Of a stretch of DNA of 64,000 bases, positions 24,549 to 38,150 are shown in pieces. How positions within the stretch are numbered: position 1 is the first letter of the stretch; every line of letters begins with the position of its first letter. Origin of the DNA: Nemertoderma westbladi. Taxonomy: Eukaryota; Animalia; Xenacoelomorpha. The notes below the pieces were generated by a model. The model did not search any database. It was not told the origin of the DNA and was given only the letters and a program-made list of their open reading frames with translations. Where the stretch lies: contig JAUCBJ010003602.1 of NCBI GenBank assembly GCA_032718475.1, positions 1 through 64,000 on the forward strand. Direction: 5' to 3'. The translations under genes and the position numbers were made by a program.

Positions 24549-27500
24549 TCCCACAAAGTTGGGCCAGTTTAGAAAGTCACCATACTGGAGTGCAAAGTGA
24601 GAGGTTGAGACAGATGGCGTTTGGAATACCAGTGGAAATTGAAGAGAACACTTGTACGCCAACCTGATAAGCATGACTTTGTAAAACGTACTATAGCCAA
24701 ATATATAGAAAATGGTTGGGCAGTTAAGGTAGAACCAGAAGCGGTACCATCAACAAGAGCTTACTATATACCACTGCATGTAGCTGTAAGATCGAGCAAA
24801 GGTGGTAAGCTGCGGTTAGTATGTGATGCTGCAGCTAAGTTTCAAGGTAAGTCAATCAATGACTACCTTTTAGAAGGCCCGAATATTTATAACAATGCTA
24901 CTGATATACTTCTTCGATTTAGAAAAGGGAAATTTGCCTTTACATGCGATGTTGAGGCAATGTTTTATCAGGTACGGGTCTACAAGGAAGATAGCGAGAG
25001 TCTCCGTTTTTTATGGTACGATGGCGATGACCCAGATACTATTGCTATTGTCTATAAGATGCTTGTGCACATATTTGGGGCAAAGTCGTCTCCATGTATC
25101 GCCACACGCGCATTGCATCAGACAACTATTGATGCAGTACCTGAAGTATCATCCGAGACAAAGGAATTTATCGAGGATGAATTCTTTGTGGATGATGGTC
25201 TGGGCTCACTTAACTCTGAGGAAGGTATTGTACGCCTTGCAACAGAGGCAAAACGTTGTTTAGCGGGGGGTGGGTTTCGGCTCACAAAATTTAAATCAAA
25301 TTCATCTTACTTCATGGAGAAGATGGCCAAGGTCGAAGAAGAGATAATGGAGCAGGACTGTAATGCCAAAGAACAAACAATAGTGCATGACAGCAAGCTT
25401 CAACAGACCTCAGATTCAGAATTTATGGAAAACCAGAACTGTAAACTGGAATCTAGGAATGAGTCATCAGATACAGATAAGGTATTGATGGATCTGTCGA
25501 GAGAGGAACCAGAGTCAAGAGTGTTAGGAATTGCTTGGGATCGTAACAGGGATATGTTAGAATACGTGCTGCAACCTCAAGAACAGTGCACACATACCAA
25601 AAAGGCATATCTATCTTTCATAGCCCGTATTTATAATCCAATAGGCTTGGTGGCTCCTAATGTGATAATAGGGAGACACATCCTTCGAGAGGCATATGAG
25701 GCAAAGTGTGGCTGGGATGAGCAATTAGATCGTAAAATAGCAGAAAAATGGGAAGCTTGGATGCAAACCTTGTGGTAGTTACCAAAACTGAGTATCCCAA
25801 GCCCATACTTCCCAGATGGCGATATGTCTGATATAGAAATGCATACATTTGCTGATGCATCCAAGAAGGGATATGGAGTGGCAGTGTATGTGAGTCAAAG
25901 AAACACACACTGTATGCCACAACTAGTGTTAAGTAAAGCACGGGTAGCACCACTTAAGTCTGTCACCATTCCTCGATTGGAACTGATGGCTGCAGTGTTA
26001 GCAGTTCGAGTAGCCAAACACGTTGAAAGGGCATTAAAATGTATCAGAGATAAACACTACTGGACAGATTCAACTACAGTATTTCGATATATATGCAGTG
26101 AGCCACGGCGTTTTAAAGTATTCGTTGCCAATCGTGTCGATGAGATTAGGGCTACTACAGAGTTGAGCAAGTGGCACTACTGTCCAACTCTAATAAATCC
26201 AGCTGATCTTGTATCTAGAGGCAGTCTCGATGTTCCATTTGCACGCAAAGAAGACTTGTGGCAGCATGGCCCTGAGTTCCTCAAGAGAGAAGAGGAATGG
26301 CCAAAATTTCCCGACGTTCAGGGGAATGATGAGGGTGATGAGGAGATGAAGGTGTGTGTATTAACGACTATGGCAGTGGAGGACTCCATATCAGATAAAC
26401 GTGTAGATTATGGGTCGTCCTGGTATAAAACTTGTAAACGGGTTGCGTATACAATAGCATTGGTGCACTGGCTAAGTAATAAAAAAGTGATAAGGCCAAG
26501 CATTGATATACGATGTGCAGAGGAAAGAATCATAGCTTATGTTCAGAAACGAGGCTTCCCATTGGAATGGGATCGGCTTCATAATGGGCGAGAGGTACAG
26601 CAAAACAGTAAGCTACGCAAATTCACTCCAACTATGGAAAATGGGCTTATCGTGGCAGGTGCTTCACGTTTGGCAAATGTTAATAGTTATGTAGTTCCAA
26701 AACAGCCCATAATACTTCCAAAGGGATCAGCCACGATAAAACAGATAGCATGGGATTGCCATGTAAAGGTGGCGCATGGTGGCATTGATGCCACATTAAT
26801 AGAAATAAGAAAAAAATTCATAGCACCAGGATTGAGGAAGACAGTGAAAGGAATGGTCGGGAAATGCATGATGTGCCGCAGGATCCAAAAGCGAAGAGTA
26901 GAACAACAAATGGCCCCTCTGCCTGTGGATCGTATCACACCATATTTTCCACCATTCACTCATACAGGGGTAGATATGTTCGGTCCAATCGAAGTCTTTA
27001 GCAGACGAACACTGAGAACTGTTCGTAATCTAGAAAAGAGGTATGGGCTAATCTTTGTATGCTATGCAACAAGAGCGGTAGCACTGGAATTGGCGGCAGA
27101 TGCAACTGCGGCATCATTTATAAATGCACTCTGTCGATTCATTTCAAGACATGGTGAAATGAAGAAGATTTCATCTGACAATGGTGGGAACTTTGTAGGA
27201 GCGGAAGGGGAACTAAAAAATGCACAACAGGCTTTCCCTTCTACAAGTGTCGTGAACTCAGTTAGGCCACAAGGGATAGAGTGGACGTTTCACACACCAT
27301 ATTCTCCGCATATGTCAGGGGTGTGGGAACGGCTTGTGGGAAGCGCAAAAAAACATATAGAGGCATTAACCCACAACCACAATCTATCTGAAGATAGTTT
27401 GCGAACAGTCTTCGCAGAGGTGGAATCCATCATGAATTCCAGACCATTGTGCCCTGTGAGAGATGATCCATCCTCTTTGGAAGTCCTTACACCAAATCAC

Positions 27501-27868
27501 TTTCTGGCTCAAAGGCCAGTAAGGGTATGGAATCGGGGGGAGTGGATAGGGAGTCGAGGGGACTTACGCAACTCTTGGAAGGTTGTGCAGCAGGTCAGCA
27601 AAGAGTATTGGGATAGGTGGGTGGGAGAGTATCTACCTACTCTCCGAATGAGAAAGAAGTGGACAAAGGTGCACAGAGACCTCAAAGTAGATGATATAGT
27701 TATCGTTGCAGACGACACCCAAATCAAAAGGGATTGGTGCTAGCTAGAATAGTCAAGTGTCGACCAGGTACCGATGGACATGTTCGTACCGTTGAAGTGA
27801 AGTATGCCGATGGGAAAGTGTATCGGCGTGGGGCAAGCAAATGCTGTCTACTAGAGGCAGTTGAGTAA
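24549..27868 (+). pseudogene. BEL/Pao pol (RT, RNase H, integrase)
   Basis: KLRLVCDAAA, DVEAMFYQV, FGAKSSP, FVDD; HTFADAS, TIPRLEL, WTDS, NPADLVSRG; HGG..CMMC, GVDMFGP, SDNGGNF, GVWERLV. In-frame stop at 25776 and frameshift at ~27740. Confidence 0.95.
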
Positions 27869-28688
27869 CATTGATTCAGTCCAGAGAGCACGGAAAATAA
27901 TTGCTTCTAAAAGGTGATAATAGTAGTAAATGGTAAAGGACATTGTTGTCTTTTGCAAACAATATACAATCTTTCAACCAAACTAACCCTGCCAAAATAG
28001 TGGCGATAGTTGTAATGGTAACAGCAATCATATAATTTATATAGCATGCCCAAGTACAGTATACTTAGTAGGCGAGGCCCAATATATTAATGTATTACGT
28101 ATATATTTAAGTAACTATGCAGATGCAACATGCAATTTGCATTGCATTTGCGTAGCTGCGCAGACTATAGCATAGAAAAGGTTCTATGGATTATAGAATA
28201 AAAGTGAGTTGGAGTAGTAGACGTAAATGTCTCGAAGGGACATTTGGTGAAATTTGGAAATTTTCGGTTTATAGTTTACATATTTTCATAGTGTCAAGAT
28301 TGATTATTAGCAAAATTTAGGTAATAATTCAACTTAATATAATTTATACGTTATCCACTGCAGGGAGACTATATAATACAATTATTGCTTGTTGATTTGT
28401 TATCAACTCATACACATATTGCGAAAATTGTATTCATCTGGAAACTGACCTGACTTTGAATTAACAAATCAAATACAGTATTATTAACATGACCCATCAG
28501 TACAAAGCACACATTATTGCTCATAAAATTGTAGGCCGCAATGTTATGAGTATATGGTAAGTTATGTGGGAATGTTTGGACGAAGAGTATTATTAGCTGT
28601 TTAGGGAAGTTATATGGATTTGAGCGTGAGTTGGATACGAGATATGATGCTACAGGGTGGTGTCATAGTAGTTTGAACACCAGGGAGG

Positions 28689-30023
28689 TGTATCAAAGTA
28701 CAGCACTAAATTTAGTGCTCTCGTATGAGTGAAGCGCTATAGCCTAGCGCGTATGCGTTGTGCGACCATCATAGCCTGGAGTGTGCGCATGGTAAGAAAT
28801 ACTATAGCCTATCATTAGTTCATAGAAATCCCTCTATTTCATTATAGCAAAATAACTGTCATGCCGTTGACTTGGGTTGACATTTAGAATTGCCGATCCT
28901 ACATATGAACTAATATAGTCTGTAAGAATTATAGTATGGCGTGACATTTAGAGCAGGTAGTTCTATCCAATAGTAGCTTTCTGGGGTTTGATCTCCCACC
29001 CAATAGTAACTTTCTGAAGCTTTATCGTTCGATATTTACCTGCTTTACTGTATGTGCATAATATATATATTTTCCGCAATTTAGTTGTGGTTCTGTGCAT
29101 CGTAGAGTAGTGTGAAGTACGCATCGTTTCCTACCGGTTTGTATGGTTTGAACTTTCTATACGGTTTGTTCGCACGGTTGAAACAATATATATATACGTT
29201 TAAATATAAAGGTCATCTGTTATTCGACATTCTTTACAAACCGCGTGTGTACGGTGGCCCATAACTGTCACAGTATATAAAAAGGAACGGCAGAAATTAA
29301 AAAGCCACGGCAGAAATTAAAGAAGCTACGGCAAAAATTAAAAAGCCACGGCAGAAATTAAAAAGCCACGGCAGAAATTAAAAAGCCACGGCAGAAATTA
29401 AAGAAGCTACGGCAAAAATTAAAAAGCCACGGCAGAAATTAAAAAGCCACGGCAGAAATTAAATAAGCTACGGCAGAAATTAAAAAGCCACGGCAGAAAT
29501 TTAAAAGCTACGGCAGAAATTAAAAAGCCACGGCAGAAATTTAAAAGCCACGGCAGAAATTAAAAAGCAACTGCTATTGCTAGATTCTACAGTTCTATGA
29601 GTATGAGGCCGACTGCAAGCTATTGCTATCGGCCAGTAGGCCTAAAAAAATAGGTAAAAAAAATAATAAAAAAAATAGGTAAAAAAAGTAGAAAAAATAG
29701 GTGAAATGTGAAGGTAAGGTAAAAATAGGTAGGAAAAAATATTTGCTATAATGTATTGTAATAATCAAGGCTTTTTAATTTCTGCCGTAGCTTCTTTAAT
29801 TTCTGCCGTAGCTTCTTTAATTTCTGCCGTAGCTTCTTTAATTTCTGCCGTGGCTTTTTAATTTCTGCCGTAGCTTCTTTAATTTCTGCCGTGGCTTTTT
29901 AATTTCTGCCGTGGCTTTTTAATTTCTGCCGTTCCTTTTTATATCCTGTGACAGTTATGGGCCACCGTACGTGTGTAATGGATGAACGTTCCACTACTAA
30001 GCTGCTAAGAAAACGATGCAACA
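28689..30023 (+). repeat. 3' LTR, interrupted by a MITE
   Basis: TG...CA termini after the polypurine tract; near-identical to the 5' LTR from 28809 onward. Confidence 0.88.
29250..29969. mobile_element. 720-bp fold-back MITE, IS3EU-like
   Basis: TIR TACGGTGGCCCATAACTGTCACAG; 6-bp TSD CGTGTG (29244-29249 and 29970-29975), confirmed by the empty site in the 5' LTR; inverted arrays of a 20-bp unit CGGCAGAAATTAAAAAGCCA. TAY...RTA ends with a 6-bp TSD match IS3EU as recalled. Confidence 0.88.
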
Positions 30024-30701
30024 GTATGTAAAACGAATAAATCTATATAAAGTTCAGGAAATATATTCCGCAAACTTTCTGCTAAGATACCGAACCACAA
30101 ATTGTTTAATGAAATAGCTTAGTGAAGTTTTGTTCGACTTAAATAAATATATTACTGTATTTCTAAAATAGGAACTAATATAACCTAAATCATCAACGCT
30201 GAGAAAAAATAAATAATATTGATAAATCATATTAAAAATAAATCATATATCTATTCGTCAATAATAGGCAAGCTGTATTGTATATAAAAAATATTGAGAA
30301 TGCTTATACAATAATAGGAAATGATCATAAAAAAGCATAAAAAGCAAGGGTTTTAATAGAGACGAATAATTAAATATGCACTTTTAGATTCTACGAAAGT
30401 ACGTCATTTTGTTTAAAACTCGAAATAATTATTTTAGGTTTAAAAGCCTGTTAAAATCCATTGGTCCTGGCCATTTTTACCAACATTGACAAACGAATAA
30501 TTGGGTTATAAAGACATGCAGGGTTCTGTGTTGTAGACCTCAGGACATGAGTTACAGAGGGTGAAGAGCATCACAGATCAGAGAGTGGGCTGCTTGATTT
30601 ACAGTGGATCACTACAGCCAGATTTATATGCTTGGCCCCCTTTCAAATTTGATCCGGAAAACACTGTCGAAAAAAGACTGAGGGTGACCCCCCCCCCCCC
30701 C

Positions 30702-30748
<47 letters not shown>

Positions 30749-31449
30749 TTAAGGAATGTTCCATAATAGTGTAAAATTATCCATTACAGTAGTATAAAAT
30801 GGGTTTAATAATGTGGTATTAAATAACTAATTATATAATTTAGAATTTATTATGGAAACTGAAGCAGAGTGGCTGGACCTAGGATACAAGGAATGAAAGT
30901 AATATAAGTATATTGAATTTAAAATTAAATTAAATTTTAATTTTTTCACTTACAACTGAAGTTAATTATCATCAAATAGCACTGCTCTCATGAGAAAGCC
31001 ACCCTTAGGTGATACAACTCAGTGGCGTATGGCATTTGTAGTAAGTGCATAGTAGTGCTTCACTGCGTATTATCTTCAAGTTATATTGAGCACACGTATC
31101 ATTCTTGAAATTATTTAATTGTATTTCCCATTTGAAACTTAGTCCCCCTGAGAAAGACTCTATTTGTTAGGGAACCATCAACCAAATGCCTGAGAATGTC
31201 CAGTACTCAATAGTGGAAGTTACATATATCGTATCTTTATTTGTTTGGTTATCATTTCTTATTTTCAAACTTTTTACCCTCTAGCATTATCCTCTGCGAA
31301 AGCCACCCAAATTAACGAATAACCAGAGATTTCCTGTTGATATTTGAAAATTTAAACCGCAATAATTACAAATTACAAATTACAAAGAATCATGAATTTA
31401 TTGTCTATTTTAAAATAATAATAAATCTCAAATATTATAATTAATTGAC

Positions 31450-31949
31450 TTCGTGCGACGGAGTGTTGGCACCGCAGGCCAATAGACTGCTCAGAGTCAT
31501 AGCCACCAGACTCCATGCATCCTGGGGGAAACCCTACGCGACAGTCATGGGGTGGGTCCGGACGCGAATATTATTCGCCATCGTCCGTGGCACATCCCAC
31601 TGTCTGCGCGGATCCCGCATGCGGTGGCGCAGTGGCCTGGGGCTAGAGGACGGTGCTGGTCTCCCCTCCATGGCGGATTAGAACAGTAGTACAGCAGCAA
31701 GTACTGAAGTAGCAAGTATGTAGGCCAGTTAGGCTAGGCAATAACAATTAGGCTATTAATCACATGTAAATACGTTTTGAATTTCCCTTCACATGTAAAT
31801 ACGTTTTGAATTTCCCTCCAATATTTGTATCACTTTTTATTATTTAAACTGTAATTGCAATTGGTGATGGGTTTCTCTCATTGTATACTGTATGTTATTT
31901 ATGTACGTCTATTCATAATTATATGTTTATATAATATTAAAAAAAAAAA
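31450..31949 (+). mobile_element. 5'-truncated CRE-clade non-LTR retrotransposon
   Basis: DGVLAPQANRLL...WGKPYATVMGWVRTRILFAIVRGTSHCLRGSR is the recalled CRE C-terminus; poly(A) at ~31939-31951; TSD AATTGAC at 31443 and 31950. Confidence 0.8.
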
Positions 31950-33276
31950 AATTGACATTGGTCATATGTCTTGGTTGCGAGAAAATGGACCTGCGTTTTT
32001 AATTTTTTGTTTTTACTTAAATACTCAACTTTTTAACGAAAAAAACGATACGAAAAAACGGGTTCGATATTCGGAAAGCCCATAAAATTCTGCATCTAAT
32101 AACCTAAAAACGCAAAATCGCCCATATGCTCTCCTGGTCACTTTTCTCGCCATCAGCCAAATATAATGGATAATAAAAATATAAAGGCAATGTCAAATAT
32201 CTAAATAAGACATTGTTTAATATATACAAGGATGTAATCGCCCTCCACCATGTGCTAAAACCCACTATACAAAATATACATACAGTGAGATTGTTATATA
32301 CATAATGACAAGGTGCTTTACACTAATATTGTGGGGCAAGCGACGAAAGTAAGCGAGCTTAGTACCACTAAGGTACCACTAACTCAATCTCAATCAGTGT
32401 GTCTGTTGTTCTGTTGATCTGTTGTTCTGTTGATCTGTTGTGTCCAATTTTAAACGTTAATAACTCAGCCAAATCTCGATAAAATATATCCAAACTTGGT
32501 ACATATGTAGTCTGGCAAAAGTTTAGAAACTTTCCATGTTGTATTTGCGTGGGGTCTTCGTGCAGCATCTGTGTAACTGTCTTACAGTTATAATAAATTT
32601 ATCTATCCAAAAATTATTAGGTTTGGCATCAGCTGGTTGCTAGTAGACTGCAGGATTACAGTACGGTACCGGTACTGTTACAGTGGTACAGAGTTACCGG
32701 TACCGTCATCAGGTCGTTGGTCGTTGGTCACCAATCGGCTCGGCAACGGCAACCATGCAGCAATGGAAGTTTTGAAATTATGCGAACTTAAGCCAGACTG
32801 ACATATTGTCAGGTTGTACCAGCTGACCTTTATTCCATGTTCCGGTATCCGCTGCTGCAGTAGGTACCTCAACAGCCCAATATTGCAATACCCAGCAACG
32901 TTTTGTAATTGTACCGGTACTCAAACAACTCGCCATCAAGGCCACCGCCTCTGTCTGTCGCAGTGTAGTTGGCGACCTCGACTTTTGGTATCACTACTGC
33001 GCTAGCGCTATGGGCAAACTGGACTAACCGATGAGCGAGCCCCATTGACTGAAAAATGCATTGAATTTTTTGAGTAGTTTGACTGTGGACTTCTATGACA
33101 TCGATGCCAAGCTGCCAATGCGAAAGTTTTTTTTAAAGTAAAAGTTTGCTTAAATTTTCTTAATTATTTTTTTAAATTTCTTAAGTACCGATTTTGGGAT
33201 AGAATTGCTCAATTTTAATCTGTATCTAATAACTGACCCTCGTTCTGCGCGATGGCCCCAGGAACGTGTTTCGGTA

Positions 33277-33935
33277 TTATTGCATACTAGGATCGGCATG
33301 CTGCATTGCAGCTGCATTTTTAAGAATGCTGTGCCGGCTTATCGACAAAATTGCACCCATGACATTTGCTAGATCATCCGCATCTTCAAGGCCAGTGTCC
33401 TTTAAGATGCGTCTCAAGAAAGTCATGGGCTGTCCACCATGCTTATTCACTCCATGAGGCTGCCAAAGTACAATATTATGCACTGGCTGGTCCTCACGGC
33501 TAAAGCAATGTCCTGCAAAGCGGAGGCGATTTTGTTTTAGTGTCAAGCTTGGGGGAACCAATGAGACACCTCCAATGTTATATAGTGTCTGGTTGGAGAT
33601 GTGTTCATTGTACTTGACACAATGAACCCGGCGTAGCATTCTTGTGGATGTGCCATCCAGAGATTTGGTGTCCTCAGCAGTTAGAGCCCAGCATGGACTC
33701 CCATAGAGGAGTACTGGAACTACTGCTGCTCTAAATAATCGGACCTTAAGTTTCCGATTAATTCTCGGTGACTTCCAAATCCTGTAAAGCCTATTCAAGG
33801 CTGCCCATGCCTTTCCCTTACGTATTCGAAGGTCCTCACCTGACTTCCGGATCCATGATCCCAGGTAACAGAAGTCATCCACATGCTCAAGCATACCATC
33901 ATTTGAGCTTATGCTCATTCGATCAGAGACTGATC
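33277..33935 (-). mobile_element. RTE LINE 3' fragment
   Basis: VDDFCYLGSWI, LKVRLFRAAVVPVLLYG, RLRFAGHC; same family as 35775-36203 and 40296-45152. Confidence 0.9.
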
Positions 33936-34181
33936 GGTATTATTGCATACTACACCGCCAACAAATGGACATTAATAGTTTGAAATAGCCCGGTTAGGGC
34001 GATAACGTTCACTAATACAGCTCCTTGGTGTTTTCTTTCAGTCAGCTTATAGACCCATTATCTTACCCGAACCTGTTTGTTGGTAATTTTACACTGTAAT
34101 AATATAGTAATACTTTTACACATTCTCACTTTTGAAATCATTAAAATTCTATCTATAAAAATCCATCTAATTATTTTACAG

Positions 34182-34310
34182 AAATCCCTGCAGATAATTT
34201 AGAATCTTGCAACTCTGTGGATGGTTGTAAATTTCAGTACTGCAGATGTGAAGCTGACGAAATGGTGGCAAACGGGTTGAGTGAAATTGGTGAAACAGAT
34301 GGTTGCACAG
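34182..34310 (+). CDS. EGF-like Cys-rich exon of the lectin/EGF/Ig gene
   Basis: ttattttacag|AA...ACA G|gtaaga; IPADNLESCNSVDGCKFQYCRCEADEMVANGLSEIGETDGCT; CxC spacing and phase 1-1 as for EGF modules; only 5 Cys. Confidence 0.72.
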
Positions 34311-35282
34311 GTAAGACGAATTTGATAGAATAAAACGGCAATTAATATGAAAACGTTGATATAAAAACTTCATTTAAAATCTCGAAACAGTCGGCAAATT
34401 AAATATCTCGGATATAGTCAAAATAATTTTCTACTTTAATTCGCTAATATCGAAGAAAAAATCTGCCATGGCATAATGCCACGTACTGCCATACTACCGA
34501 CCACATTAAATCATGTTAACGGCATTAAATAATGAAGATCGATTCTATTGTAAACGCTAAGCTTAAACGATTGACTCGTTTATTGTTTTGGTTGGAATAG
34601 CTCTCCCCTGTAACTCGCCTCCATTACCTTTTACCTAATGTCGGCTATTGGTTGTCAGCTGTAGGAGTAGCGTTAACACCCAAAATAAACAACATTTTAA
34701 AAATTTTTAATTTAATTTAATACCCGGATTCATGCCGGTAAACAATAAAAACATGAAAGTTCATCACAAACGAAACAAATTAACAAATTAAAACCGTTAA
34801 TGTTATTGCAATTTAAATAAAATTCAATCTATAAATAGATTTATTTTTCATATACTATTACCCCAATTGATTCTACTTGGTCTTTGTGATTCATGTATCC
34901 GTTTATGCTTTACCGAAAAAGGTATCCATGCATTGTACACTTCAATGATAAAATCAAACTCAACTCGCCCATTTTTATCCTCCAAAATATATTTCTCTTT
35001 TCATAATCCCATGTTAGAAGTGATGCTATTGTTGGCAACGAGTACTCATAAACAGTATATACTGTTTATCCGTTTTATTAGTGAATAGTACGTACAAACC
35101 GAATGATTGACTGGATGGCAATGTTTGGGCACTGTTTAATCCTTAATAGCGTCCCCACTGCTGATTGTTATGAGGCCATAGACAACGATAGATTTTTCAT
35201 GAGAGTGTGTACGTAAGAGTTGCTAACATAACTTCCGTAGGACGCTCCTGTATATACGGTCAATATCTTCTATATCAACAGA

Positions 35283-35357
35283 GCACAGTGCACAGCACAG
35301 TGCACTGCACAGTGCACAGCACAGTGCACAACACAGTGAACAACACAGCACAGTGCA
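35283..35357. repeat. Short 12-bp tandem repeat
   Basis: (CACAGTGCACAG)-like unit, about 6 copies. Confidence 0.8.
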
Positions 35358-35774
35358 CCCATGTAAAACCGTGTACTGTAAAGTATAGAGGGGATGCAAT
35401 GGCGTTCCAAAGTTTAGCAATTGTCTCTATCGTATAATTTCTAACTGTCCATCCACGCTGGTGAAAAATCCCAGACAGGCTGATCACTTTCCGTTTTATC
35501 TCATTGACACTTGAAAGATCATTATAAAAAATAGTAAACCCTAAAAAGGTAATATTAGTGCTTGATTTAACATTATTCCCAGCAAGAAGCATACTCACTC
35601 CATGTTTAGCCTTTTTATTTTAAGGGCGAGTTTTATTACAATCTTTATATAGCCATCGGGTTTTACTATCTTCAATGTGTAGATCCAACTGTAGTAGCGT
35701 GTAGTGGAGAATATTTACTAATAATTGATGTTCCTATTTAGATTTATAGAGGAACAAATAATCATCAGCGTAAT

Positions 35775-36203
35775 ATCTACGCATGTCCTTAGATCATCAT
35801 AATGATGATAGGGTGATGGTAACTCCACCTACTGGCTCCAGAAGTCGAGGAAATTCTACCAAGTACCTTACTGATCTAGACTTTGCCGATGACTTAGGAG
35901 TACTCTCAGAATCAATAGTTGGAGCCGAACGGCTCCTCAGCTCCGTAGAACAGGTTGTTTCTAGTGTTGGTCTTTTTATTATCTCCAAAAAGACCAAAAT
36001 TTTGACAGTTAACTTTGAAAGTCGTCAGCAAGTCTCTGACCGGATGAGCATAAGCTCAAAGGATGATATGCTTGAGCATGTGGACGACTTATGTTACCTG
36101 GGATCATGGATCCGGAAGGCAGGTGAGGACCTTAGAATACGCAAGGGAAAGTCATGGGCAGCCTTGAATAGGCTTTCCAGGATTTGGAATTCACATAGAA
36201 TTC
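35775..36203 (+). mobile_element. RTE LINE internal RT fragment
   Basis: LTDLDFADDLGVL; near-identical to 44473-44620 and to the start of the 33277-33935 fragment. Confidence 0.88.
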
Positions 36204-38150
36204 ATTTGATTGTCATTAGTTTGGGAACATATAACTGCTATGGTCTTTTGACTAGCTCGGATTTTGTGGATCGGATTTTATGTAATGTAGATTTTCTGGC
36301 ATTACAAGAGCATTGGTTAAATGTCACTGAGTTAAATTTGGCTGTTATGAAACATATATCTCAAAATTATGTCTGTGAATCAATTTGTAATAACAAAAAA
36401 AATAAACTCCCAACACAATGGAAAAGGTATTGGAATGGAAGGGGTAGTGGTGGTGTTGCATTACTCTTTAATAAAATAGATAAAATAGATCACTACAGCC
36501 GAATAAAAAGTGGAAATGATATTATAGGCATAAAAGCTTATCTGAAAAATTGCAATATTCCCTTACTTTTACTATCTGCTTATGCTCCGGATAGTGGCAA
36601 AAGTACACTATTAATTTTATGTATAGATTATATGCACTAATAAATAATGAAAGTGATGCTGTGCCACTAATACTCTATATGACGGGATCCTGGAGTTGGC
36701 AGTATGGATCCCGACCGGTGTGTGTGTTATTCGCGTCGCCGCGTCCGTAGGCTGCTAAAAGCTGTGGTCTGGATATGTATATAATAGGCGTTTGGAATAA
36801 CTGAGTTTTTACTGTCAGTTGTTGTAATCGCAGAACATAATAATAGCACAGTCAGAATATAATAGCACGGTAATGATGACGACGGTTAAAAACCGTTCCG
36901 GTCTCACAACTGTATGAATACCAACTGAATCATAACCCACAAGTACAACGGTTATATATTATTAACACATATTAATCACTGCTACAGTATTGAGTGGCCT
37001 GGCCAGTAGATGCGTTCTAATCACTTCCAATCTGTTTTCCCCTCCCATCATTGGCCAACCTGATTAATTGTCACTTCGCCACTCCCTGTTGCCACTGTCC
37101 CCACGTACTAACCTCTGCTAGCCCCTTTACCCCTCTGAGATGGTTTGACCTCTCAACTTTCTCTGTGGCTGGCGATGTGTATCGCCTTAGTTGGTTGTGA
37201 GGTGACATTATTATTGGTAATGTCACCTTCCCAACTATAATTGGTAAAATGCCCATTTTCGGTGGGTAGTGCAGGGAATTGAATCCGCTTACACTCTAAC
37301 AGACACAAATGGGGATATTGGACCATCTCAAGGTGATAGGTCATATAAAAATAAAGCACAAAACGAGGACAACTACTCCATGGTCTTACAGCTGTGGACA
37401 CCTCAGATGCATTTAGTGGACCATGTTATGCATTTTATGGTCGAGGAAGGATTACATTACAGATTACATTTTACGAAGGGTATGGTTCATTCATTGAATG
37501 AAGTTGATAATCATTCTGATCCATTACTGGGCACGCATTGTCCCCATTACTGCTGAACTTCCCTCAACAATGGAAAAAGTACCAACAAAATCAGAGCAGT
37601 CTTTGCTAAAAAGATTTAACTGGGAAAAGGCAACAGACTTCATGATAAGAAAATACAACGAATCTGTTAACATTAATCTCGAGGAATTGACAAAAGGATA
37701 TGATGATAAACCCTCTGAATTATGGTCATCTTTGGAGATGAATAAATTTATGGAGAAACTGCAAGATATAATTTGTGATTCAGCCAAAAGAAAACCTTCC
37801 TATTAAAGGAGCATAAAAATAACAAGAAACTTTCGTCTGCGAAATGAGAAACTTAGGGAACGTTCAAAGATAAGGTAATGCGACTTAGAAATTATCTCTC
37901 TAGGCAATGGATATTGGGGGAGACGCACAAATTAAATGTAAACAATCCTAAGAACTTTTGGAACCACTTTAATATGGCAAGTGGAGGGAATAATCTTCCT
38001 TCAAATACTTCGCTCACAAACTTCGAAATCACACAAAGGAAAAGTTTCAATCAAGGATGAATGAGGTCGAATCATTAAACATGTTAAAGCAAGAATTACA
38101 TAAAAACAAATTATCTGTCATTGTGCCAACTTTTTCTCAAATAGCTATTG
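36204..38150 (+). mobile_element. Degraded LINE ORF2 (APE region, RTE-X-like), interrupted at ~36640-37290
   Basis: GTYNCYG, LQEHWL, GRGSGGVALL, SAYAP; resumes with FSGPCYAFY, DYIL, HCPITAEL and RFNWEKA. Confidence 0.7.

Larger units (their letters stand above)
18422..30023 (+). mobile_element. BEL/Pao LTR retrotransposon (defective, with nested insertions)
   Basis: Direct LTRs ending GATGCAACA at 18910 and 30023; polypurine tract CAGGGAGG before TGT at 28689; pol with BEL-type RT, RNase H and integrase in that order. Confidence 0.93.

Noticed and set aside
27869-28688. Possible env-like gene between BEL pol and the 3' LTR
   Set aside because: No ORF or recognisable envelope motifs.
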